Shown here: piece by piece, positions 1 through 8,032 of the stretch
How the letters are laid out: every line of letters begins with the position of its first letter
Numbering within the stretch: position 1 is the stretch's first letter
Assembly (NCBI GenBank): GCA_041653675.1
Contig: JBAZEY010000005.1
Coordinates: forward strand, 10,164-74,163
DNA: 64,000 nt
Reading direction: 5' to 3'
Source: Patescibacteria group bacterium
GTDB lineage: Bacteria; Patescibacteriota; Patescibacteriia; XYB2-FULL-38-15
Program-made: the position numbers and the translations under genes
The notes under the pieces: model-generated
What the model was told of the DNA's origin: nothing
Databases searched by the model: none
What the model saw: the letters and a program-made list of their open reading frames with translations, nothing else

Positions 1-292
1 TACCGACCGGCAGAACTTGGCCAACTAAAATCACTTCAATTTTTTCCCGCCGAACCGTTCGCCACAAATGCCAAACAAGCGGCAACCACTTTGGCCAAAT
101 AAATTTAGAAAATAAATTTCGCCGGTAAATTTTATAAGATTGATGATTATCAAAAATTTCCACCCCACCGTGCCTCTCCGCCAAAACCACAACTCTATCC
201 ACCGGTAACGCTCCGGCCAGACCCGCCAAATAATTCGCTATCCCGCCTTTCTGCGGCGGAAATTCAATTGTCGCGATTAATAACTTTTTCAT
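1..292 (-). CDS. GT4 glycosyltransferase (PimB-like), partial; runs off window edge
   Basis: Hand-translated: MKKLLIATIEFPPQKGGIANYL..., the GT4 N-terminal FPP-xGG motif; ATG overlaps the flippase stop (ATGA). Confidence 0.8.
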   Translation of the reverse strand, partial: MKKLLIATIEFPPQKGGIANYLAGLAGALPVDRVVVLAERHGGVEIFDNHQSYKIYRRNLFSKFIWPKWLPLVWHLWRTVRREKIEVILVGQVLPVG

Positions 293-1770
293 ATTTCTTC
301 TCCCTTACCATCAATCATTTCTACTGCCTCTTCTTTTTTTAGGGCTTTAAAAATATTTAAAACGTCGCGCCACTCCATGCCACGAATTAAAAATAACAAT
401 CCAAAATAAGCCGCCGCGCCGATCGGAACTAAAAATATCCAATAAACATACGGCCGCAAATAAATTATTGCCGCGCTCATCACTCCGGCCGAGAGAACAA
501 TTTTAAACAGCGCACTGAAAATAAATTTTTTATTATAATCCACAATCCGTCCGGCAAAAATCAGGCCGATCGCGAAAAGCAGGGCGTGTGAGATAACCGC
601 GGAAATCGCCGCGCCGAGAAATGAGTACCGCGGTATCAAAATTACGTTTAAAACGACGTTTAAACCCATACAAACACCCATAATGGCAGTATTAGTCATC
701 TGGCGATCCGTAGCGTTTAAAAGCGAACCTACCGGGTAATTTAAGAAAATAAAAATCACGGTAAAAATAGCGACCTGAAGCGGTAAAACCGACGCGGCGT
801 AAGAAGCACCGTAAAGTTTTAAAATTAATGGTTCGGCCAAAGAAAAAATTCCGAAAGCAATCGGCACGGCTAAAATCGCAAGATAAAATAAGACGCGCTC
901 AAAAGTTTTCCGGAGCATGATTTTGTCAGAGACGAAATACGCGCTCATTGCCGGAAAAGCCGCCGCGGCAAAAGCCATGGGAATAAATTGAAAAGCGTAA
1001 GTCAGTTTATACGCCACACTCCAAAAACCGACTGCCGCGTCTCCCACCATTTTTGAAAGCAGAACAGAATCAAGATAAGAATAAACTTTTACAAAAATTC
1101 CGGCTAAGGCAAAGGGGTAAGCAATTTTAAAAAGGGAAATCAAAAGAGTTTTATCAAAACACAAACACGGCCGAACTTCGGTTTTTTTCCAAAGTAAAAT
1201 TGATGAAAAGAAAAAATTAAAAATACTGCCCGACATTAAGGCGAGCAATAAATAATATAGTGGCGCATGAAGTATCAAACTTACTCCGCCGACCGCAATT
1301 ATCAAAATTTCGCTCACCACCACGCCCATTGATTCGTAACGTAAATTTTGCTGGCCGCGAAAAACCGCGTAAAAAGTGACATTAAAGGAATCCAAAAGCA
1401 TCACAATCCCGGAAAGATAAACCATCAATTTCGTTGCCGGCGGATAACCCATCACGTTGATGGCGACAATCACCGCGAGATATGTCAAAACACCCAAAAC
1501 AACTTTTGCTCCCAAAATATTTCCCAAATATTTTCCCGCCATTTCGCGCTTCTTGGCCGTTTCACGAATTAGAACCGAGGAAAGTCCGAGGTCAACAAAA
1601 ATGGAAAAAATTGTTGTAAAAGAAACAACAAAAAAATACTTGCCCGTGCCTTCCACTCCGGCAAGCCGAGCGATTAAAATAAAATACAAAAAAGCCAGGG
1701 CTTTTTGCCCGACCGTGGCAATGGTTAAATAGATAGTATTTCTCGCGATTTTTCCCGATTCTTGAGCCAT
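289..1770 (-). CDS. Polysaccharide flippase (Wzx/MOP family)
   Basis: 493 aa, many TM helices, IARNT...RLAG.EG.GKY...DLGL motifs; next to a glycosyltransferase. Confidence 0.85.
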   Translation of the reverse strand: MAQESGKIARNTIYLTIATVGQKALAFLYFILIARLAGVEGTGKYFFVVSFTTIFSIFVDLGLSSVLIRETAKKREMAGKYLGNILGAKVVLGVLTYLAVIVAINVMGYPPATKLMVYLSGIVMLLDSFNVTFYAVFRGQQNLRYESMGVVVSEILIIAVGGVSLILHAPLYYLLLALMSGSIFNFFFSSILLWKKTEVRPCLCFDKTLLISLFKIAYPFALAGIFVKVYSYLDSVLLSKMVGDAAVGFWSVAYKLTYAFQFIPMAFAAAAFPAMSAYFVSDKIMLRKTFERVLFYLAILAVPIAFGIFSLAEPLILKLYGASYAASVLPLQVAIFTVIFIFLNYPVGSLLNATDRQMTNTAIMGVCMGLNVVLNVILIPRYSFLGAAISAVISHALLFAIGLIFAGRIVDYNKKFIFSALFKIVLSAGVMSAAIIYLRPYVYWIFLVPIGAAAYFGLLFLIRGMEWRDVLNIFKALKKEEAVEMIDGKGEEI

Positions 1771-1804
1771 AAGTATTATCCAATTTTACCGCGATTTGGC
1801 AATC

Positions 1805-1833
1805 TTGACAATCGATTAAGATTATGATATTAT
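1805..1833 (+). promoter_or_regulatory. sigma70 promoter of GC-rich cassette C
   Basis: TTGACA-17 nt-TATTAT with TG extension; GCCAC-N6-GTGGC at 1868-1883; AGGAGG at 1889-1894. Confidence 0.75.
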
Positions 1834-1899
1834 AATTTGTTGTACGCCGAAGTAGCGTTCCAGCCTGGCCACGAAAGAGTGGCTTAGAAGGAGGAAGTT

Positions 1900-2358
1900 G
1901 TGAAGAGGATTCGTAGGGAAACCGCCCGCGTCGCCCGTCAGATGAGCGACGACATGGACGAACCGAGCATCCGGACCTGCTACCTAACTCTCTGGCCGCC
2001 CATTCCCATTTTCCCGGACTGCGAAGAGTGCCTCCAGGAAGCGCATATGTGCGGCGAATGCTGCGTGGGGTACCCGGTCGTCCATCGGGTTGATCTCAAC
2101 GACGACTACGACGCCACGATCGACGAGCCGTGCGAGTGCTACCCGGGCGTCCAGGCCTGCGTCTCGACGCCGTTGATGCCGCTCCCGCTCGACGAGATCG
2201 ACGGCGATGGCGATGGCTTCCTGGGCTGCGAGGAGTGCAACCCGGGGACGTGCACCTTCGAGTGCGGCACGGGCGTCCAGGCCCTCTCGGCCAGCGACGC
2301 CGACTGGATCTTGGACAAACACGAGCCGTACGAGATCGACGACGAATTCCCCAGCTGA
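1900..2358 (+). CDS. GC-rich Cys/Asp-rich hypothetical protein
   Basis: GTG 5 nt after AGGAGG; strong GC3 bias; several CxxC motifs and DGDGDGF. Confidence 0.65.
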   Translation: MKRIRRETARVARQMSDDMDEPSIRTCYLTLWPPIPIFPDCEECLQEAHMCGECCVGYPVVHRVDLNDDYDATIDEPCECYPGVQACVSTPLMPLPLDEIDGDGDGFLGCEECNPGTCTFECGTGVQALSASDADWILDKHEPYEIDDEFPS

Positions 2359-2386
2359 CGACTACCGCAACTCCGATGAGTTGCGT

Positions 2387-2423
2387 GACGGGCGAAACCT
2401 GCAGAGGTTGCCCGTCTTTTTTT
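2387..2423 (+). terminator. Intrinsic terminator of cassette C
   Basis: GACGGGC...GCCCGTC stem plus T7, abutting the queA stop; preceded by hairpin 2366-2385. Confidence 0.75.
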
Positions 2424-2424
2424 A

Positions 2425-3441
2425 TTATAAAATCAACATTGCATCACCAAACGAATAAAACCGATAACGTTTTTTAATTGCAATTTGATAGGCCTTATCT
2501 ATAAATTTCTTGCCAGCGAAAGCCGCGACGAGCATTATCAAAGTTGACTTTGGAACATGAAAATTAGTAATCAAAGCGTCAATAAATTTGAATCTGTAAC
2601 CGGGATAGATAAAGATATTTGTTTCGCCGCTTTTGGCGCGGACTTTCCCATCGCTGGCGCAGTGTTCCAAAACTCGCACTGTGGTTGTCCCGCAAGCAAT
2701 AATTCTTCGGCCATCTTGTTTCGCCCCATTCAATCGCAGAGCGGTTTTTTTATCCAATTCAAAATATTCGCTATGGATTTTGTGTTTTGTAATATCATTT
2801 TCTTTTACCGGCTGAAAAGTGCCGAGGCCGACGTGGAGCGTGATATATTCAATTCGCACACCCATCTTTTTTAATTTTGCCAATAATTTTTTTGTAAAAT
2901 GCATTCCGGCGGTTGGCGCGGCAACCGATCCCAATTTTTCCGCGAAGACAGTTTGATATTCCGTGCTTTTTGCCAGTCGCTTGATGTACGGCGGCGTGGG
3001 CGGCTGGCCAATTTTTAAAATTTTCTCCATCAGTTTCACACCACTTAAATTAAATTTTATAACCGCCGTGTCCCCTGCTCTTTTTACGATCTCTCCACCC
3101 AATCCGCGGCTAAATTTTATTTTCAAACCAATTTGTTTTACGACCGGAACAAAACCCACAAGACATTGCCACGATGCCGCTGAAATTTGTTTTAAAAGTA
3201 AAATTTCCACCTTGCCGCCGGTTTCCTTTTTTCCTATCAATCTCGCCGGCAAAACTTTGGAATTATTTAAAACCAAAACGTCGCCGGGACGTAAATATTT
3301 TCCGAGATTATAAAAGCTATCGTGAGCCATGGATTGCTCTCCACAATTAAGCACCATTAACCGGCAGGCGTCGCGCGGGTTGGCCGGTTTTTGGGCGATT
3401 AAATTTTTCGGAAGATTAAAATCAAATTCAGATAATTTCAT
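2425..3441 (-). CDS. queA: S-adenosylmethionine:tRNA ribosyltransferase-isomerase
   Basis: GSVAAPTAGMHF, TLHVGLGTF, TNFHVPKSTL, YRFYSFGDAM. Confidence 0.97.
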   Translation of the reverse strand: MKLSEFDFNLPKNLIAQKPANPRDACRLMVLNCGEQSMAHDSFYNLGKYLRPGDVLVLNNSKVLPARLIGKKETGGKVEILLLKQISAASWQCLVGFVPVVKQIGLKIKFSRGLGGEIVKRAGDTAVIKFNLSGVKLMEKILKIGQPPTPPYIKRLAKSTEYQTVFAEKLGSVAAPTAGMHFTKKLLAKLKKMGVRIEYITLHVGLGTFQPVKENDITKHKIHSEYFELDKKTALRLNGAKQDGRRIIACGTTTVRVLEHCASDGKVRAKSGETNIFIYPGYRFKFIDALITNFHVPKSTLIMLVAAFAGKKFIDKAYQIAIKKRYRFYSFGDAMLIL

Positions 3442-3445
3442 ACGA

Positions 3446-3471
3446 AAAAGGGACGAATCAACGTCCCTTTT
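3446..3471. terminator. Terminator hairpin after the ribosomal operon
   Basis: AAAAGGGACG-N6-CGTCCCTTTT. Confidence 0.65.
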
Positions 3472-3490
3472 ATTATAACATGTTTTATTT

Positions 3491-3611
3491 TTAACGTTTT
3501 TGCCAATGCGGCGTCGACGCTTCGCGTCTCCTTAAAACCCTTCGGTTTTAATATTTCCGCCACGGGAAAACTATCGTTTTCCCGACCCCTTTCCAGTCCT
3601 CGCGTCAAAAG
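3491..3611 (-). pseudogene. Remnant duplicate of the rpsI 3' end, interrupted by a repeat element
   Basis: 3491-3511 encodes PHWQKR* (rpsI ends PQWQKR*); LTR codons near 3600-3608 echo rpsI LTRD. Confidence 0.65.
3512..3594 (-). repeat. Three-hairpin REP/MITE-like element, copy 1
   Basis: GGAAAGGGGTCGGGAAAAC..GTTTTCCCG..TTAAAACC..GGTTTTAA..GACGCGAAGCGTC; near-identical to 35333-35414. Confidence 0.9.
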
Positions 3612-3612
3612 C

Positions 3613-4164
3613 TTAGCGCTTTTGCCACTGCGGTGCTCTTCTCGCGCGCTTGAGGCCCGGTTTCTTTCTTTCCTTTACTCTAGGATCGCGAGTTAAAAAT
3701 CCAGCCTTGCGTAAATTCTTTTTAAAATTAACATTTAAAAGAACCAGTGCGCGAGAAATACCAAGGCGCACCGCCTCAGCCTGGCCGCGTAAACCGCCGC
3801 CAGATGATTTCGCTTCAATATCAACTTTATCCGCTTGGCCGACTGATTTTAATGGTCCGGAAACAATTTGTTCCATCTCTTCGGTCGGAAAACATTCTGT
3901 GTATAATTTTCCGTTAACCGTAATTTTGCCCTTGCCATTTTTATGAAGTCTCACGGTGGCAACAGCTTCTTTGCGCCGACCAATAGCATAAATATATCCC
4001 GATTTTTTATCTTCGGATATTTTTTCTTCGGCAACCGCCACTGTTTCTTTCTTTTCTTCCAGCTCCGGTTTTTCTTCCACCACTTTCTTTTTAGCAACTC
4101 TTTTCGCGGCCGGTTTGGTAGTCGCAGTTTTTGTCTTTTTAGGTTTTTTTATTTCCTCAGTCAT
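3613..4164 (-). CDS. rpsI: 30S ribosomal protein S9 with Lys/Glu-rich N-terminal extension
   Basis: GRRKEAVA, GGGLRGQAEA, TRDPRVKERKKPG, APQWQKR. Confidence 0.97.
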   Translation of the reverse strand: MTEEIKKPKKTKTATTKPAAKRVAKKKVVEEKPELEEKKETVAVAEEKISEDKKSGYIYAIGRRKEAVATVRLHKNGKGKITVNGKLYTECFPTEEMEQIVSGPLKSVGQADKVDIEAKSSGGGLRGQAEAVRLGISRALVLLNVNFKKNLRKAGFLTRDPRVKERKKPGLKRARRAPQWQKR

Positions 4165-4170
4165 AAATTA

Positions 4171-4536
4171 TTACTTGCTGATTTTTAACCTTTTGATTAT
4201 TTTTTTCCTTGTTCTGTTCGTCGGCAACATTCCCCAAACAGCTTTCCAAACAACTTTTTGCGGGCTTTTCTCGAACAATTCTTTAATCGTCGGCTGCTTG
4301 GCTCCGCCCGGATAGAAAGTGTGCCAGAAATATTTTTTATCAGTAAATTTCTTACCAGTGAATTTAACTTTAGTGGCGTTTATAACATTAACAAAATCTC
4401 CGCCGTCCACATCAAACCTAAAAGAGGGACTTCCTTTCCCGCGTAAAAGTAGAGCAACCTTTGTTGCGAGTCTCCCGAGCGGTACACCCGCCGCATCAAC
4501 TGTATGTGTTTGTCTTTTTATTATTTCTTTTGGCAT
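4171..4536 (-). CDS. rplM: 50S ribosomal protein L13
   Basis: LGRLAT.VA.LLRGK, DGGDFV, AVWGMLP. Confidence 0.96.
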   Translation of the reverse strand: MPKEIIKRQTHTVDAAGVPLGRLATKVALLLRGKGSPSFRFDVDGGDFVNVINATKVKFTGKKFTDKKYFWHTFYPGGAKQPTIKELFEKSPQKVVWKAVWGMLPTNRTRKKIIKRLKISK

Positions 4537-4540
4537 AAAT

Positions 4541-4891
4541 TTACACTAATTCAATTTGAACAATTTCTGCCGCGTCTCCCTGCCGGCGGCCGACATTTAT
4601 AATTCTTGTATAACCACCTTTGCGATCTTTGTATCTTGGACCAATCTCTTCCAAAATCTTTTTAACCGCTGCTTCTTTGTACAAATATTTTAAGAGATAT
4701 CGTCTCGTCGCCAAAGTATTAATTTTACCGCGAGTAATTAATCTCTCAACAATCGGCTTTACGGTTTTTGCCTTAGCTTTCGTTGTCTGCATTTTTTCAT
4801 ACAAAATCAAACTTACCGCCAATCCTCGAAGCAAGGCAGTTCTTGGTCCCACTTTTCTATCTAAAATTTTTCCCTTTTTTCTGTGACGCAT
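4541..4891 (-). CDS. rplQ: 50S ribosomal protein L17
   Basis: MRHRK..., RYKDRKGGYTRI, RQGDAA. Confidence 0.97.
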   Translation of the reverse strand: MRHRKKGKILDRKVGPRTALLRGLAVSLILYEKMQTTKAKAKTVKPIVERLITRGKINTLATRRYLLKYLYKEAAVKKILEEIGPRYKDRKGGYTRIINVGRRQGDAAEIVQIELV

Positions 4892-4953
4892 AATGAATTT
4901 TACTATGACGTGTAATAAGTTTTAACAATTAAATTTTGCCAGTCAACAGCAAA

Positions 4954-5778
4954 CTATTTAGCCTTTTTAGGTCTTCCTCTTTTTTTCTTCTCTTTTTCTT
5001 CGGCTGGGGCTTCCCCCATTTCTTCTTCCGCGACTTCTTCTTTCACTTCCTCTTTTTCCTCAACTTTTTCCGGAACTTCTGCCCTTGAACCAACGCCATC
5101 CAAAAATAAATTAAAATGATCAATCAAAATCTGCGCGCTATGCTTTAATGCTTCTTCCGGAGTAGTTGTTCCGTCAGTTTCAATATCCAAAATCAAACGA
5201 TCGTAGTTTGTAATATCGCCAACGCGGACATTTTCTACTTTATACCCGATATTTTTAATCGGAGCAAAAATTGAATCAACGGCAATAGCTCCTAATTCCA
5301 ATTTTTCTTTTTCTCGCGCCTCAACCGGTAAAAATCCTCTACCCTGGCTTACAAAAATTTCCATTTCTAAATCGGCATTTTTGTTAGTCAAAGTAGCGAT
5401 GTGTAAATCTTTATTTATAATTTCTACATCAGATGATTCCAGAATATCCGCAGCAGTCGCTTCTTTTTCTCCCTTAGCTTTGAGGACTAGACGAACTGGT
5501 TCGGCTGAAAAAACTTTCAATCTAAGCTGTTTGATGTTTAAGAGAACTTCCACCACATCTTCTTTTACGTGTGGAATCGTGGAAAATTCATGCTGGACGC
5601 CTTTTATTTTAATAGCTGTCGCTGCCGCCCCCGGCAAAGAAGAAAGCATTACGCGCCGGATAGCGTTGCCCAAAGTCGTACCATAACCATAATAGCAAGG
5701 TTCAACTATAACCGTTGCTTCGTTTTTGTTTTTTCCTTTTTTGATTTCGATTTTGGACGGTAAAATAATTGGTTCCAT
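4954..5778 (-). CDS. rpoA: RNA polymerase alpha subunit; canonical alpha-CTD not evident
   Basis: GYGTTLGNAIRR.MLSSLPG, HEFSTI, VENVRVG..TNYD; ends in an acidic/basic tail. Confidence 0.96.
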   Translation of the reverse strand: MEPIILPSKIEIKKGKNKNEATVIVEPCYYGYGTTLGNAIRRVMLSSLPGAAATAIKIKGVQHEFSTIPHVKEDVVEVLLNIKQLRLKVFSAEPVRLVLKAKGEKEATAADILESSDVEIINKDLHIATLTNKNADLEMEIFVSQGRGFLPVEAREKEKLELGAIAVDSIFAPIKNIGYKVENVRVGDITNYDRLILDIETDGTTTPEEALKHSAQILIDHFNLFLDGVGSRAEVPEKVEEKEEVKEEVAEEEMGEAPAEEKEKKKRGRPKKAK

Positions 5779-5805
5779 AAGACTTTATTAAACTCGTTTA
5801 AATTA

Positions 5806-6435
5806 TTAACGAGAATAAAATTCGATAATCATTTTAAGATCAAACTGCGTTTTCACGTCATTCTTGGTCGGTTTTCTTATGACTTTTCCTTCCATTTTTG
5901 CCGCATCAAGCGCAAGCCATGCCGGAGGTTCTAATTTTGCGAGCGTCTGCGGCAAATTCTCAAAAACTTTTTTAGCGGCGGCGTTTAATTTTATAGAAAC
6001 AATATCGCCGACTTTAACTTGATAAGAAGGAATCGTAACCTTTTTTCCATTTACGAAGAGCAAACCATGGCCGACAAGCTGTCTCGCCTGTTGACGTGAT
6101 TTTCCAATTCCAAGGCGATAAACAACATTATCAAAGCGCATTTCCAAAAGTTGGAGCAAGAATTCGCTCGTATCGCCGGTTTTTTTAATGGCTTTTTCAA
6201 AATAATTTCTAAACTGTCTTTCTAAAATTCCGTAAATACGTTTAGATTTTTGTTTTTCTCTAAGCTGTGTTCCGTAACCAGTTAATCTGATTTTTCCTTT
6301 CGGACCATGAACACCCGGCGGGTAACCCCTTCTGACCATGGCGCACTTGGTCAAATTACAACGATCCCCTTTTAAAAAAAGTTTTTCTCCCTCTCGACGA
6401 CATTGCGCGCATCTAGATTTTAAATATCTTCCCAT
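5806..6435 (-). CDS. rpsD: 30S ribosomal protein S4
   Basis: CRREGEKLFLKG, QLREKQK, LEMRFDNVVYR, IIEFYSR. Confidence 0.97.
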   Translation of the reverse strand: MGRYLKSRCAQCRREGEKLFLKGDRCNLTKCAMVRRGYPPGVHGPKGKIRLTGYGTQLREKQKSKRIYGILERQFRNYFEKAIKKTGDTSEFLLQLLEMRFDNVVYRLGIGKSRQQARQLVGHGLLFVNGKKVTIPSYQVKVGDIVSIKLNAAAKKVFENLPQTLAKLEPPAWLALDAAKMEGKVIRKPTKNDVKTQFDLKMIIEFYSR

Positions 6436-6442
6436 ATTTCAA

Positions 6443-6919
6443 TTACACTCTCCTTGGTTTTGGCGCCCGGCAACCGTTGTGCGGAATCGGGGTCATATCC
6501 TTAATTGATAAAACATTTAATCCATTGGCGTTTAGGGCGCGAACTGCCGCCTCCCGTCCGGAACCAACGCCTTTAACCAAAACATTCACTTCTTGCAAAC
6601 CATAATCAACGGCTTTTTCCGCTGCGTCTTTTACGACAAGACCCGCCGCGTAAGGCGTAGCTTTCTTCGGACCCTTAAAGCCGCAAAGTCCGGATGAAGA
6701 CCACGACAAAACATTACCATTCGGATCGGTTAAAGTAACTATAGTATTATTATAAGTAGCCTGAACATAAGCTCGGCCGCTCGGCACATGCCTCACGACT
6801 CTTTTCTTTTTCGCTTTTGCTTTTGGAGCTGCCTCGGTTTTTTCCGCATTTTTTTCCGTAGTCTTTTTTTCTTCTGGCCCGACGGCTGCCTCGGTTTTTA
6901 CAATTTGTTCTTCTGCCAT
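6443..6919 (-). CDS. rpsK: 30S ribosomal protein S11
   Basis: [26 protein letters not shown]. Confidence 0.97.
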   Translation of the reverse strand: MAEEQIVKTEAAVGPEEKKTTEKNAEKTEAAPKAKAKKKRVVRHVPSGRAYVQATYNNTIVTLTDPNGNVLSWSSSGLCGFKGPKKATPYAAGLVVKDAAEKAVDYGLQEVNVLVKGVGSGREAAVRALNANGLNVLSIKDMTPIPHNGCRAPKPRRV

Positions 6920-6946
6920 AAATTATTTTATTTTTGACTTTTTATA

Positions 6947-7339
6947 TTAAGTTTTTTGTCCCGCTGCCTTACGGCCGCTACCCATTGTTCTTCGAGTGTT
7001 GCCGCGAACGGTGCGAGAATTTGTCTTTGTTCGTTGTCCACGCGCTGGAAGGCCTCTTGCGTGCCGTGTTCCCCGATATGCTCCTATTTCTTTCAATCTT
7101 TTAATATTGCTAAATACATCTCTTTTCAAATCACCTTCAACTTTATAATTTTTTTCAATAAATTCTCTTAATTTGTTAACTTCTTCGTCAGTCAAAGCAT
7201 TAGTTCTTGTATCCGGACTAATTTTCGTGGCCACCAAAATTTTATTCGCCTGTGCCCGGCCAATACCATATAAATAACCCAATGCGATTTCTATTCTTTT
7301 GTTTTGTGGGAGGACTAAACCTGCAATTCTAACTACCAT
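6947..7339 (-). CDS. rpsM: 30S ribosomal protein S13
   Basis: [23 protein letters not shown]. Confidence 0.97.
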   Translation of the reverse strand: MVVRIAGLVLPQNKRIEIALGYLYGIGRAQANKILVATKISPDTRTNALTDEEVNKLREFIEKNYKVEGDLKRDVFSNIKRLKEIGAYRGTRHARGLPARGQRTKTNSRTVRGNTRRTMGSGRKAAGQKT

Positions 7340-7422
7340 ATATTGTTAAATTTGTTAAATTAATCTCTATCGATTTGTTGCGTGATAACAGCCCAAGCAG
7401 TTTTTACCACACACCGCGTCGG

Positions 7423-7536
7423 TTATCCTTGTCTTTGTTTATGTTTAGCTGTTTTACAAATTACAAAAATCCGCTTACCGCGTTTTATAACTTTGCATGA
7501 CGGACAAATTTTTTTAACCGAAGCCCTGACTTTCAT
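7423..7536 (-). CDS. rpmJ: 50S ribosomal protein L36 (Zn-binding type); below the ORF-track cutoff
   Basis: Hand-translated [37 protein letters not shown]; lies between infA and rpsM. Confidence 0.96.
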   Translation of the reverse strand: MKVRASVKKICPSCKVIKRGKRIFVICKTAKHKQRQG

Positions 7537-7542
7537 AATTTT

Positions 7543-7767
7543 TTAAAATCTATAAACAACTCTTCCCTTGGTTAAATCGTACGGCGTCATTTCCACTTTG
7601 ACCTTATCACCAGGAAGCAATCTGATTTTATTTAAACGCATCTTGCCGGAAAGATGGCCCATAATAACATGGCCGTCCTCCAGCTTGATTTTGAAAGTAG
7701 CCGCCGGCAAAAGTTCGAGAACCTGGCCAGTCACTTCAATAAAGTCTTTACTCGTGTCTTGCACCAT
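7543..7767 (-). CDS. infA: Translation initiation factor IF-1
   Basis: [27 protein letters not shown]. Confidence 0.97.
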   Translation of the reverse strand: MVQDTSKDFIEVTGQVLELLPAATFKIKLEDGHVIMGHLSGKMRLNKIRLLPGDKVKVEMTPYDLTKGRVVYRF

Positions 7768-7881
7768 AAGGTGTAGAATTTTTAATTTTCTCTTTGATAA
7801 CTAAAATAAAAACCGCAGAACCCGGAATCTCATACCCGAGTCCCCAGTCCTAAAATTTTGATTTCGTTATCGCTGGAATTA

Positions 7882-7936
7882 TTGACAAGCGAGTGAGAGA
7901 AATGAAATTCATTTCATTTCCGAGCGAGCGCAGTCA
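7882..7936. repeat. Small palindromic element in the infA leader
   Basis: GCGAGTGAGA-GAAATGAAA-ttca-TTTCATTTC-CGAGCGAGCGC flanked by TTGAC/GTCAA. Confidence 0.5.
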
Positions 7937-7956
7937 ACACAGGGTTGATGCCCTTT

Positions 7957-8019
7957 ATTATATTATTCCCCTTAAAAGGTGTCAAGTAGTATTATACAGA
8001 ATCCCCTATTTTATGTCAA
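7957..8019 (-). promoter_or_regulatory. Tandem consensus sigma70 promoters of the infA/ribosomal operon
   Basis: Two TTGACA-17-TATAAT: 8019-7991 and 7985-7957. Confidence 0.85.
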
Positions 8020-8032
8020 ATCAAAGGTCTTA

